DNA from: Bispira polyomma
Lineage: Eukaryota
Assembly (NCBI GenBank): GCA_965649765.1
Contig: OZ287752.1
Location: forward strand, 52,948,001-53,012,000
DNA: 64,000 nucleotides
Reading direction: 5' to 3'
Part shown: positions 13,190-25,319 of the stretch, in pieces
Position numbering within the stretch: position 1 is the stretch's first letter
How the letters are laid out: every line of letters begins with the position of its first letter
Notes under the pieces: model-generated
Told to the model about the DNA's origin: nothing
Seen by the model: only the letters and a program-made list of their open reading frames with translations
The model's database searches: none
Made by a program: the position numbers and the translations under genes

Positions 13190-15145
13190 TCTCATGTGTG
13201 AGGCTATGGCTTCCAAACAACGCTGAAAAGCTGCGGTTCTGTGTACCCACCCTAATGTTACACCAGGGTCCACATATTGACCTGCGGACATAACCCCTCT
13301 GGGTTACAAATTTTTTCAGTTTCCACGGTTGCAAAAACTCGAAGGAGGAGTAGGCATTTTTGTAAAAAATGTTCTTTCCTGTGAAATTAACAAAAAAACA
13401 GTTCTATTCGTCTTTTTAATCGATCACATGCAAAATTTCTAATGGTTATCACTCATTCCTGGTTTCTTATTTTTACTGACCACCCATCCCTTCTCTAGCT
13501 ACCTTTACTCAAGAGTTTTCCGAATTCCTTTGAGAACCTAAACCTTCTTCTATCTAAAGCTATCATCCTTGGTGATTTCAACATCAAGGTCGACATGGAA
13601 AACACCATAACAAAAGATTCCAACCTCCTCAACACTTTTGGTTTCTCACAGTTCATCTCAAGCTCAACTCACCTTCACAATCACATACTTGATCTGGTAA
13701 TTGCAAGACCAAAATCAAATCTGATCAGTTAATCATGGGTAGCTGATAGGATTTTGGATCATTTAGCAACCTTTGCCTATTTAAATTTGCCGGTACCTGC
13801 CTAACAAAAACTTTGTGTCATAAAATACAGAAACATCAGAAAAATCAATATTGATCAATTCAGAGATGACATCCTTGCATGAAATCTCATTAAACATCCA
13901 TGCAAAAACGCTGACAATTTCAGCCTACAATACAATAACAGCCTTTGTACCATCCTTGATAAACATGCTCCTTGGGTATCTAAAACCTTTACCCAACAAA
14001 CCCCCATGAATGGACCAATGCCGCCATCAAAGAGGCTAAGAGACGGAAACACCAACTCAAGCGTCAATGATGCATATCAAATCCTCTTTCGATAGAAGCT
14101 GTTACCGCAAAGCCACAAACTATTTCAACAGGCTAATATCTAGTGCTGAAATGAAGCACTTTGATTTCATCATCAGTGATAATCAATACAATTCCAAAAT
14201 TCTGCATAGAACATCCGAGAAAATTCTCCCCATAAATCACTGTCTTACATTTTTAGATGATAAATTTGGAAAAAAAATTCATTGATAAAATCAGCAACAT
14301 TTGTGACGGTTTTGTATAGATGTATCACTTCTGTCCTCGAATTCCAGGGTATAAGGTTTCCAACCTATTTCGTTTCAGTACACTGTCCAAGCAGGAAGTT
14401 CTCAAACTCATGAAATCCTCCCCTATAAAATCTTGTGAATTAGATTCTATCCCAGAGTTATTCTAAATCAATGCCTTGACATTCTGGTTACACCCATAAC
14501 TAACATATTATACTTTTTTCTTCAGGATGGTGTTTTTACCACCTGTAAAATGCAAATACAAATACAAGAATGCAAATGTAACTCCCTTGATAAAAAAACA
14601 AGGACTGGATAAGAACAAGCTCAAAAACTATCAACCGGTGTCAAACCTCAGCTTTGTCTCAAAAGTTATCGAGAAAGCGGTAGCACAATAAATTTCTGCC
14701 CACCTAAACATAATGATATCAATCTTGCACTGGACCTCAACAAAACAATGACTCTCACCCTTCTAGATCTTTTAGCAGCATTTGACACCATTGACCATAG
14801 CTTGCTCTGTGACACTCTAAAGCAGTGGTTTGAAATAAATAGCAGTGTCCTTAAATGGATCAGATCCTACCCTACTCTTAGAGCACAAAGAATTAAATTA
14901 GATGATCACCTATCCTCTTCCACAAACCTACCATATGGAATACCCCAGGGATCCGTCCTTGGGCCTCTACTTTTCACCCTTTTTTCACATACTCTCAGCA
15001 CTGTCATTAATGATCATAATATAAAACACCACATGTAAGCAGATGACACTCAAGTCTATCTCTCTCAACCCTCAAAATGCAAATAGAAATATTGACCTAT
15101 TGCAGACTGTCTGTCCGATGTCCAGGCGTGGATGAACTACTCCAT
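13190..15145 (+). mobile_element. Degraded L2-clade LINE ORF2 (APE plus RT)
   Basis: GGVG, GDFNI, TH..NHILDL, KN.QPVSNL, LLDL.AAFDTIDH, G.PQGSVLGPLLF, (Y)ADDTQ with many stops. Confidence 0.85.
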
Positions 15146-15289
15146 TCAAATCACATTTTTGATTTCCCTTAGATCTGACAGGAATTTCCATAACGCCCTT
15201 ATCAGCAAATTCTGGCACGTTCCTATAACAAGACAAATCAACATTGACATAAACATTATTACCAATGATACCTTCCTTGTCCTACAAGA

Positions 15290-15640
15290 TGATACATTCC
15301 CGGCCTAAGTAGGGGCCCCCTTTGTGAGATGATAGGCAATGCCTCGTTCTAAATTTGTTGATATACCGATTCAGTATCTGCCACGTCTTTGGCACTAGAG
15401 GGGCCCGCTCCTGCTGATAAATGGCTGTTAAGGTTAATGACAATAGAATCTGATACCTGACCTTTCTTCCCACGTTTCGTGGACAATGGCTTCTTCGTGG
15501 ATTTTTTGGCTGTGCTCTGTGTGGGCGTCTTCTTTGTCTCTCCTATTTTAACACACCCAAATATTAACAATATAAAACAAGTATATGTATAAAACAAGTA
15601 AATTAAAAACAATTCAAAACGTGTATGTATACAACATACC
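15290..15640 (-). mobile_element. Ngaro gag 5' fragment (Ngaro-5 family)
   Basis: TKKTPTQSTAKKSTKKPLSTKRGKKGQVSDSI is nearly identical to the gag at 50525. Confidence 0.8.
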
Positions 15641-15744
15641 ATATAGATCTCTTTTGTTCTACCCCTAGTAATGACACTGACCACCGCCTTGTTGTCACAT
15701 TTGTGTCATCTTCTTATTTTAACCTTCTTTTTTTGTCACTATTA

Positions 15745-16455
15745 GTGGAGTAGAAATTCCATCAAGCCCTTCAGCTGTGAATCTTGGGGTCACAATTGAT
15801 GAGGAGAACTAAACCATGAAGCAGGATATCAACAAACTTTTCAAAGTTTGCTTCAGTCGAATATCTATCTATAGAATTAGACATGTTTAACTAAAGATGC
15901 CACAAAAACTATTGTGCATGCCCTTGTAATTTCAAAATTAGACAATGCCAATTTCTTGCTCAATAGGGTACAAGAAAGACTTCTGGACAAACTACAGCAT
16001 GTTCAGAATGCAAAAGCCGGGCTTGTGACAAATACAAAAACAATTGACCATATCACTCCAGTTTTGAAAAGGCTGCACTGGTTGTTATTACGTCAAAGGA
16101 TTAAATATAATAATTTGCTTCTGATATTTAAAGACTTGAAAGACCCTTATTTTACAAGCTCATATCTGGCAGACATGATTTTGTTCTACAGGCCAACACG
16201 ATCCCTGCATTCACAAACAGAAGAAAGACTTGTACACAAATCACATTCCAAGTATGGCAATAGAGCATTGTAGACCCAAATTTGTGGAATTGACTGCCTG
16301 TTTCTCTATAAGTCTGCAAAACTGTCAATGTTTTTTAAATCAAAATTAAAAACATATTTGTTTAAAGATTTACTGAATAAATTTGTTTAGTTGATCGTGA
16401 AGCGCTTTAAACAGCATTGGCTGGTTAGGCGCTATATAAAAACCTTATGTTATGC
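15745..16455 (+). mobile_element. L2 LINE 3' end
   Basis: VHALVISKLD..LQHVQN..HITPVLKRLHWL; L2-type tail aagcgctt...ggcgctatataa. Confidence 0.85.
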
Positions 16456-18346
16456 TGTATTCCTGGTCATAAAGGGACCCTATGCACTCCCTTGACTGGC
16501 TTTTACTAAAGGATTAATTATCGTGTTATGTTTTTGTTCTTGTGGATACATATTTATGTGAGAAGTATAATTCGTGGCAGATTGATGATTTTGCTGCTTT
16601 GATGTACAAAGAGGTTTTTATTGACATATAAGGGAATCTATGCTTTATAAGGTGTATCAATTTGGGGTAAGTAATTAGCAAGGTGCCTTCCCCAATACAT
16701 TTAGCTGAGAATATATTATAAGCCTACATTTCAGGAAATTGAAATCCCCCACGATTTAAAGCATTTGCTTCCAGTACATCAGTAATTATTGCTTTATTAT
16801 TAGTGTTTTAATTCACCACTTAGTCAGCATGGTAGGAGGGGGCGGTGGTAACTAAATTTTTGCCCAATTTGTTTATTCCAAGCCATATTTGTGGGATTAA
16901 TGCCTCGGAAGTCATTATCGCTAGTGTAGAAGAGTATAATAAACTGTATTAATTTCATTTCACCACTTTAAATAACTCGTTTTGGGGGATTTTGTATATT
17001 CAACCACTAAGCAAAGAAGCATCACATATTTTCCATGTACCGAAACAGGAATTCCAAGTTTGACATCCTCTATTATCAACCAAACAAAATAATTTTGAAT
17101 TAAAGTTCAAATAAAAATGTCTATCTTACAGCAATCTCGATGTGGAAATAGTATTAGAAATTTTCAACAATATATCAATGCTATACTATTAAGAAGTGCT
17201 ATTCTAAAAAGTATATAAACACATATAGTTAAACAAAGAAGTCAATGAGTCAATGGTGTACATGATTGAAACACCTTGGAATTCTTTAATATGACGATAA
17301 TACACATGAACAGTTGTACAGGCTTAATGTGCTTACGATTGCTAGTATCCGGAGAAGACCTGCTGACCTTACTAAAGCAGTCCCTGATTCTACTGCCAGC
17401 ATATCTCACTACAGGGGGAACCATGATTTTGTGCTGCTTTCTTCTCACCACGAGTAATATGACTGTGGCAATATATGTCAGTACATAAGGATTAAAATAT
17501 CTTCGATTTAGCAAGACTGGGTACTAGGCTAGCTGTTACCCTGTAATGGGGCTGTTCAACTTAGCCGATCGATCGAGGTAGAAAAAACTGCGTCACGCAA
17601 TTATAATCATGAAGACTCCCAAGTGGAACGATAAGTAGGGGGAGGGGGCTCTCAATAGATCCTAATAATCAGCTCGATTTGACCTCCCGATGGACAAATG
17701 GCTGCTCCGACCTCCCCGATCCGGGGCGATAAGTCATTAGTACTCCTTAGAATCATTAAGGTAACTCAGAGAGGCCGCCTGATCCACTCACCTATATAAT
17801 GGCTTCAATGCGTCTGCAAGTGATGGGTTTTTACATTTGTAAAGAAGAATAGACGTGTTAAGAAGAGACACAGAGAATACATGTCAAGGGAAAGTTGTCA
17901 CACAAGGAAGATCATACATCGATTCTGGGTGCAGTTCCTAGGTGAGTGTAGGGTGACCTTGAGGTAAGTAATAGGTCAAGTATGAACACTATTCTTGTTT
18001 GGAGAAATTTTATTATATACAGGTTAGTTCTATGTACAGGAGGTAAAAGAGTAGTTTAAAATTTAACTGGTAAAATTTTAAAATATACCCGTAACGTGAC
18101 TAGCATGTAAAGAAGGATGCGGGTAGGACTAGCCTATGTCACATGTACAGAAACACTATACTAAACCTCTATAACTAGCACTAATATAAACTATGATTAG
18201 GACTAGCCTAACCAACATGTACAAAACTATATGTAAATTCTATCAGCAAATCCCTGTCATGTCAACTGGGAATAGTAGAGTGGCTTTCGCCACATCAGGT
18301 AGAGAAGGTATTAACTTACCAGCTCGTGAAACCACTGGCTAATTCG

Positions 18347-18452
18347 GAACCCGGATCCTACGGCACCTAATCGCCTAGCAGTGAAGGTCCCTGGTAGCCC
18401 ACACCAGGGGGTAGATGCAGCGGGCGACACAGCACCACACGGATCCGGGTTC
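18347..18452 (-). ncRNA. Conserved structured motif in the Ngaro-1 A2-B2 spacer (function unknown)
   Basis: 12-bp closing stem gaacccggatcc/ggatccgggttc, GTGTGG, inner hairpin, core TGCTAGGCGATTAGGTGCC; homologs at 54098, 12384 and 12618. Confidence 0.6.
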
Positions 18453-18675
18453 AAGCCAACGACAGTGATAAGGAAATTATATAAGTAGTACTTTGCAATA
18501 GCAAAATAAAGTAGCGTTAATGGAGGTAATAGGGGAAGGAAGGTGGGAATTTAAAAAAAATTTAATGTTTACTGTTGCACACTTCAATCCAATATGGTGG
18601 AATAAGCAGGGGAGCAAATAAGTAAAATAAGGGGGGACCCCTAATTGGTAACCACAAAGGAAAAGAAGACCAGGG

Positions 18676-19356
18676 TTGACTTTACCAAGACCAATAGTGG
18701 TGCACTTTCTAACAAGAAAGGGTAAACAGCTGGTCCTACAACATACCAAGAACCTGAAAGGAACAAGTATCAGTGTTGCTGAACAGCTACCACCATTGAT
18801 AAAAGAGCAACGCTTAGCGCAGGTTCCAAAATTACAAGACTTACGTAAGCAGTTTCCAGATAAGAAGCGAGATCGAGTGAAGTTGGTGTCCAACAAACTA
18901 CTCCACAACAACCACTTAATTGATGGTGAGTTTGAAAAAAACCAATTACCAATCACAGAAGACACATCAAACACATACGACCTTGACGACCTTGTACATT
19001 TAGACACCATTGAATATGAGGATAGTTTCTTTCAAGGCCATGCTATCCAGATCCATTCTACTCTTGATGCTTGCTTAGCCAGAGACGCAGTTTATCAGAA
19101 GCCGGCAGCGGGTAATACAGACCATATGATGTACGTTTATCGCTTCAGAAATGACTCGGGAGGAAAAACAGAAGGATATTCAGATGACAACGAAGTTTGT
19201 GGTAGTAAGGAAATCAGAAAAGCTCTTGATCGTAGTGGACTTGAAAATGTATTTGTCTGTGTCACACGTGTGCATAATGGACCCAATATAGGATTTAAAC
19301 GATTTGACTTGATACGTGAGGCTGCAGAGACTGTAATTGCCAAGCTTTCAATGTGA
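18676..19356 (+). CDS. LINE ORF1 C-terminal part: L1/Tnp22-like segment fused to an IMPACT/YigZ (UPF0029) domain
   Basis: PRPIVVHF..LKGTSISVAEQLP then SFFQGHA..DHMMYVYRF..GYSDDNE..LENVFVCVTRVHNGPNIGFKRFDLI. Confidence 0.75.
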   Translation: MTLPRPIVVHFLTRKGKQLVLQHTKNLKGTSISVAEQLPPLIKEQRLAQVPKLQDLRKQFPDKKRDRVKLVSNKLLHNNHLIDGEFEKNQLPITEDTSNTYDLDDLVHLDTIEYEDSFFQGHAIQIHSTLDACLARDAVYQKPAAGNTDHMMYVYRFRNDSGGKTEGYSDDNEVCGSKEIRKALDRSGLENVFVCVTRVHNGPNIGFKRFDLIREAAETVIAKLSM

Positions 19357-19504
19357 TGATGTTTTGGAAGCACTTCTCAGCTTTATGTAAGACTCACTTT
19401 GGTTAAATTGATTATTGATTCAACATTAGTTTTCTCAATCACAAAGTAATATATTAAATTAGTATTAGTTTAGTATAATTTACATTACTTCACATTTCCA
19501 ACAG

Positions 19505-20105
19505 GTTTAATATTCAATCTGGTTAAAATTTGTAACTGATTAAATATTAGATTTCTCGTTGACAAAGTGATATATCAAATCGGATTAGTATTAGTTTTAA
19601 ATTTGTAATTAATTCATGTTTGGCCATCATGGACTGAATTTCCACTAATCCCTTCAAAAATGAAGCTATTCAGATACCAAGTTTAATATTCAATCTGGTT
19701 AAAATTTGTAACTGATTAAATATTAGATTTCTCGTTGACAAAGTGATATATCAAATCGGATTAGTATTAGTTTTAAATTTGTAATTAATTCATGTTTGGC
19801 CATCATGGACTGAATTTCCACTAATCGCTTCAGAAATGAAGCTATTCAGATATGAACCTATCATTTTGGTGTTATATTAGTACTCCTGTGATGGATTAGT
19901 TAATGAATTATCCTATTATTTGGTTATGTATTTATCTGTGAACTTAATTTATATAAAAACTGTAATTTGCTATACTGCAATTTATGGTGGCTCAGCTAAG
20001 TAAAATTTATTATTTGGTTATGTATTTATCTGTGAACTTAATTTATAAAAAAAACTGTAATTGGCTACATTGCAATTGATGGTGGCTCAGCTAAGTAAAA
20101 TTTAT
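19505..20105. repeat. Two tandem duplications (176-bp and ~94-bp units) in the LINE inter-ORF spacer
   Basis: 19505-19680 matches 19681-19852; 19914-20007 matches 20008-20105. Confidence 0.85.
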
Positions 20106-20149
20106 GATTCATATAATTAAACTCAATTTTTCTAAATTAGTTAGTCCTG

Positions 20150-20187
<38 letters not shown>

Positions 20188-20464
20188 AGTAACTCATGAT
20201 AGATACTGATCAATGTTGTTACATAAACACTCCTGAGGGGGTCAGTTAGTTAATGGGTAACTTAATTAAATATTTTTCTATTATTTTGTTATTTGTATAT
20301 ATTGATGAACTCTATTTACAAAGTATTGGATTTCCAAGAGCATTGATGGATATAAAACGCAAGAGTAGAAGTGATTCAGATCATTGTATTTTTGTGTATT
20401 TGCAAAGGTTAGTTGATGATTATAACTGTAGCATTTCCATCTTCTTTAGAAGCTATCATCCACC

Positions 20465-23400
20465 ATGATAGATTCAGTTTACTACAGGGCAGCAAAAGGA
20501 CACGATGCACTAAATTTTTGTGACAAATATTATTTAATATTGTCACATATAAAAATTCATAGAAATGTCAATATTAAGTTTCTGTTATATACTATTGTTT
20601 ATTTGATACTTAAGTGTGGTGATGTTCAACCAAATCCTGGTCCTTCATCAGGTATTGGCTCTACATTTTTCAAAATGTGTCATGTAAATGTCAGAAGTTT
20701 ATGCTCTAATAATTTCAGTAAGGTTGACATAATAAGAACAAAATTATCCATATAGGAAGGATATGATATCATATGTGTTGGGGAAACTTGGTTGGATTCT
20801 TCAATATTGGACAGTGATATTAGCTTGGAGGGATATTGTATATTTCGCAGGGACCGTAATAGGCATGGCGGAGGAGTAGCTATGTACATTTCAGATCACT
20901 TAGGTTTTCAACACGTAACCGACACTGACACTTTTGATACTGAAACATTAATCATAGAATTAGTAATAAATGGTAAAAAAGTCTTTGTTTTGTGCTGTTA
21001 TAGACCACCTGGCTTTTTTGCTGAGCAAGTTGACGAATATTTAGTAAAATTCCAATCAATCTTAGACTCACTTTACATTAAAAAATATGATGCCATCCTC
21101 ATATTTGGAGATTTTAATGATTGTTGTATTGACTGGAATGACGAACATCCAGCAAGTGAACTGAAATCTAAATTTAGAAATCTGATTTCACATAACAATT
21201 TGATTCAGATTATAAGTGAACCAACACATGTTACTCCCACATCAGCTTATCTGTTAGACCTAATAATTACTGATTCTCCAAGGTTGATAATGGACCAAGG
21301 TATTGACGAGCCAATTGGTGATCCTTAGTATGGTATATTGTAATGTAACTTGTACCAATACTAAAGATAGAACCTACACTAGAAATGTATGGCATTATGA
21401 CAAGGGGAATTATGAAAGTTTCAGGACTGAATTAGGATGTATGCCTTGGCATGTTATGGATAACTTCGAAATTAGTGAATGGGCTGAACTTTGGACTAAT
21501 GAATTTTTAAGTATAGCAAAAAAAAATATTCCGTTTAGACAGGTAAAAATTAAACCAAATGACAAATACTACATAACATCTGAGATCAAAAGGATGTTAC
21601 AAAAAAAAAATAGAATGTGGAAAATGTGGCATAGAACAAAAAACTACAATTATTATGAACGCTTTAGTGTGTTAAGGAAGGAAGTGAAATTTGCAATAAA
21701 AAATTCAAAACATTACTTTGATAATAAAAACATAGAAAAATTGAATAGTCCCCAGTGTTCAACTAAAGATTACTGGCATCTATTAAAGACAATTTATGGC
21801 AATAAGCATAAACCTAGTATACCAAGTATCATAGATGGTGATAATATAATATCAGTGACAAAACAGAAAATGGACTTGTTTAATCAATATTTCCGTTTAA
21901 AAGCTCAACTTCCTGACAACAGTAACCTACCACAGCTTCCCAAAATATTTGAAGTACCAAAGTACTGTTTATCTTCAATTAACACAAATGAAGAAGAGAT
22001 AGAAAAGATTATTAGTTCTTTGAATGTAAAAAAAGCTAATGGTCCAGATAATATCAGTAATAAACTCTTAAAAGAAGCCTCCTCAAGTATATCCAGTTCC
22101 CTATGTTGTTTATTCAATTCTTCTCTGTCAAAGGGGACAGTACCTCAATGTTGGAAAATGGCTAATGTCACACCTGTATTCAAAGGAAAGGGTAGTAAGC
22201 AGGAAACAAAAAATTATCGCCCTATCTCATTGATATCAAATGTAGGAAAATTAATGGAACGTATTGTGTTTAAACATGTGTATAAATACTGTTTAGAAAA
22301 CAAAATTTTAACATGGAGAAATTTGGGTTATAAACCGAATGACTCCACAGTTAATCAACTATTAGCTATTACCCATAAAATCTATCAGGCCTTAGAAAAG
22401 GGTGAAGATTATTGCTTTATATCATTAGATGCAACCGCTGCATTTGACCGAGTATGGCATGCAGGGATGATTTATAAACTGCAAAAGATTGGTATTACTG
22501 GGCCCCTTTTAGAATGGTTTATTGATTATTTAAAGGATAGAAAACAGAGAGTGGTCATTGGAGGACAAAATTCTGAATATGTCAGTATAACAAGTGGAGT
22601 TCCACAAGGCTCTATACTGGGTCCATTGCTATTTCTAATCTACTTTAATGATATGGTAGATGACATAAAAACTGAGAGCTTTCTTTATGCAGATGACACC
22701 TCCCTGTGTGAAGCTATATCAGACAATCAGAGTTGTTTTGAAAAGTTAAATCAGGATTTAAAAATAATAGAAAATTGGGGTAAGCATTGGCTTGTAAAGT
22801 TTAATCCCACTAAAACAAAATATATTATTTTTTCAAAAAGATTAAATCAGCCTCATTATCCAAATTTATATTTTGGAGATGAAACAATTCAGTGTGTAAA
22901 TACCCTAACACATTTAGGGATAACATTTAATTCAAAACTGACATGGAATAATCAAATAGAAAAGATCCTAGACCGAGCATACAAATCACTATCACAATTA
23001 AAAAGAGTTTCATTCCAGTTACCACGTTTAGCAAAAAGGCAAATTTATATAAGTTTTGTGCGTCCGATCCTAGAATATGGTGCAGAACTGTTTGACAACT
23101 GTACCGAAGAACAAAGTAAATTGTTGGAAAAGATTCAGCGTGATTTTTGCTTAACAATAACTGGTGCATATAAAAAAACAAGTCATAATTCTCTGTTGTC
23201 TGAGTGTGGCTTTCAACCACTAAAACAAAGACGTAAATTAAAAAAGCTTCACCTTATGTATAAGCTACAAAATGGCCTTGTGCCGGAATATCTCAAATAT
23301 GTCCCCCTGTTGTGTCTGTTACATCAAATTATAAATTAAGATATGGTAAGAAAATAAAGCCAATAAAAACTAAAAAGAATTACTTTCATACATCATTTCT

Positions 23401-23860
23401 TCCGTCCACTATAAGAGAATGGAACCTCCTTAATCCAAGTGTACAAGCTGCATTGTCAATAGAAACATTCAAATCAAAATTGAAAGCAAAACATAAATTT
23501 TTCAAAGTGTATCTATGGCACTACAGTAAAGTCGCTGTCCATCATAGTAGGATCAGAATGGGTTTGAGTGCTTTAAATCAACACAGAAAATTGTATAATT
23601 TCATTGATTCGGGGGTATGCTCTTATTGTGGCGCAATTAAGGAGGATGCCAAACATTTCTTTTTGACATGTCCGTCCTTTGCTGCTCTGAGGTTGGAAAT
23701 GCTACAGAAAGTAAACATAGAAATACCTAAAATGAAAATTAACTTTAATGCAAATAAACTACTTCAAATAATTATAAATGGCACCGGTAGTTTTGATGTA
23801 GATAAAAAATTATTTGAATGTGTGCACTCATATATAGGAAATTCCAAAAGGTTCAGTTAA
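20465..23860 (+). pseudogene. CR1 ORF2: 2A-like peptide, APE, RT, C-terminal zinc finger; stop at 20753, frameshifts near 21325 and 23315
   Basis: NVRSL, ETWL, GGGV, YRPP, GDFND, GVPQGSILGP, YADD, C..C....E...HF...C. Confidence 0.9.
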
Positions 23861-24342
23861 TTGTAAATTGTATATCTGTATCATTGATAAATGTACGATG
23901 TATTGTAATAACGATGTTATGTGTAGCCTATATTTATTATTGTTATAATGCAGTTTGTAATTGATTTGTTAATTTTGGACAAGAGCCTCTAGTGGCCTCA
24001 CGGCTGTGGGCAATTGTCATAAAATAAATAATGTTTAAATAAAAAAAAAAAAACCACAAAGGGGATAGGGAGAGGAAAGGAGAGTATACCTATGCTAATT
24101 AAGGTAGGAATAAAATTAGGAGAAAGGGGTTTTAGGAACTGAACTATCAGACCCCTGTAGGGTCGTGATGTTCACAGTTCCTAGGTGAGTGTAGGGTGAC
24201 CTTGAGGTAAGTAATAGGTCAAGTATGAACACTATTCTTGTTTGGAGAAATTTTATTATATACAGGTTAGTTCTATGTACAGGAGGTAAAAGAGTAGTTT
24301 AAAATTTAACTGGTAAAATTTTAAAATATACCCAAACCCAAG

Positions 24343-25319
24343 CTAAGGGGGAGAGGGGATGATGGAAGCGAAAGTAAGTGGAACTACAGCAGCCTGAGAG
24401 GAAGAATGCTGGAGATAGGCCCAGATGGCAGAACTACGCCACAGGCCGTGGGACATTATATGCTGTAGGGAAACATTGTTGTTAAATGCCAGGGATGCCC
24501 CCGACCTACGAAAAGTGTGGAAGCCATGGTAACTATGGTCTATCCCTATGTGCTGCAACACAGTTCTTAATGCAGTTCTAATATGGGAGTCAATGACTGG
24601 TAAGTAAGGGGGGAAAGAAGCTACAAAAAGTGGATGAGTGGGGGAAAGTTCCCTAGACTGAATAAGATGAGTAAGGGCCAGAACAGGACAAAGTGATTTA
24701 TCTTTTAGGACAGGAAGTTGTACTACGTGTGTATCAGTTCTGTTCTGCATGTTTTTGGCCCACTTGAGTATTAGATGAGCCCCAGGGTGGCCAAAAATAA
24801 TGTCCTGTCTTAACAGGTGCCTGGTAGGGTCAAATTTGCTTCTTGAGTGGGGGGCAATGTTTGACATCCTTAAAAATCCAAAGAATGCTACAAGAAATAT
24901 GGCCCTGTATAATGTAGGGTCGTTTAGAATAGAGCAAGTTCTTGATATGTTCTGAAGTAATTGGATGTCAAAGATTCCCTTTTTGTGTGGTTTAAAATCA
25001 GATGAAAGTGCCACGCTTCTGAGAAACAGGGACACCGAGTTGTGTGTTAACACCTGAGTGTTTAAGTTCTACTTAGAAAACATAAACTTTAGAGCAGCCA
25101 CGTAGTTGTTGACCACTCGAGGAGAAATGTTGTTTTGGGTGAGGTATTCTAGGAATGCCAGAATAGAGTGGACTGAGACCTGTTGAAGGCCAGAGTAATG
25201 TAAAAACGCTAAATAAGTCTTGAACTGTGAGTTGTATGCACTGGTAGTTGATGGCCTGAGAGCTGAATCCAGTCGCTGTACAGCTGCCAGTACCAGGGGT
25301 ATAGTAGATGGTGCTGCAC
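24343..25319 (-). CDS. Ngaro-1 tyrosine recombinase (one in-frame stop near 25070)
   Basis: GFLRMSN, CPV, HTFRRSGA, GLWRS, WAYL catalytic motifs; frame extends to a splice acceptor at 25320. Confidence 0.9.

Larger units (their letters stand above)
18661..24051 (+). mobile_element. CR1-like LINE, 5'-truncated in ORF1, inserted in A2 of Ngaro-1
   Basis: TSD AACCACAAAGG at 18650-18660 and 24052-24062; AATAAA plus poly(A) tail. Confidence 0.9.

Noticed and set aside
24343-25319. Phage integrase or bacterial contamination
   Set aside because: The YR sits with gag, RT/RH and split direct repeats typical of DIRS-order retrotransposons
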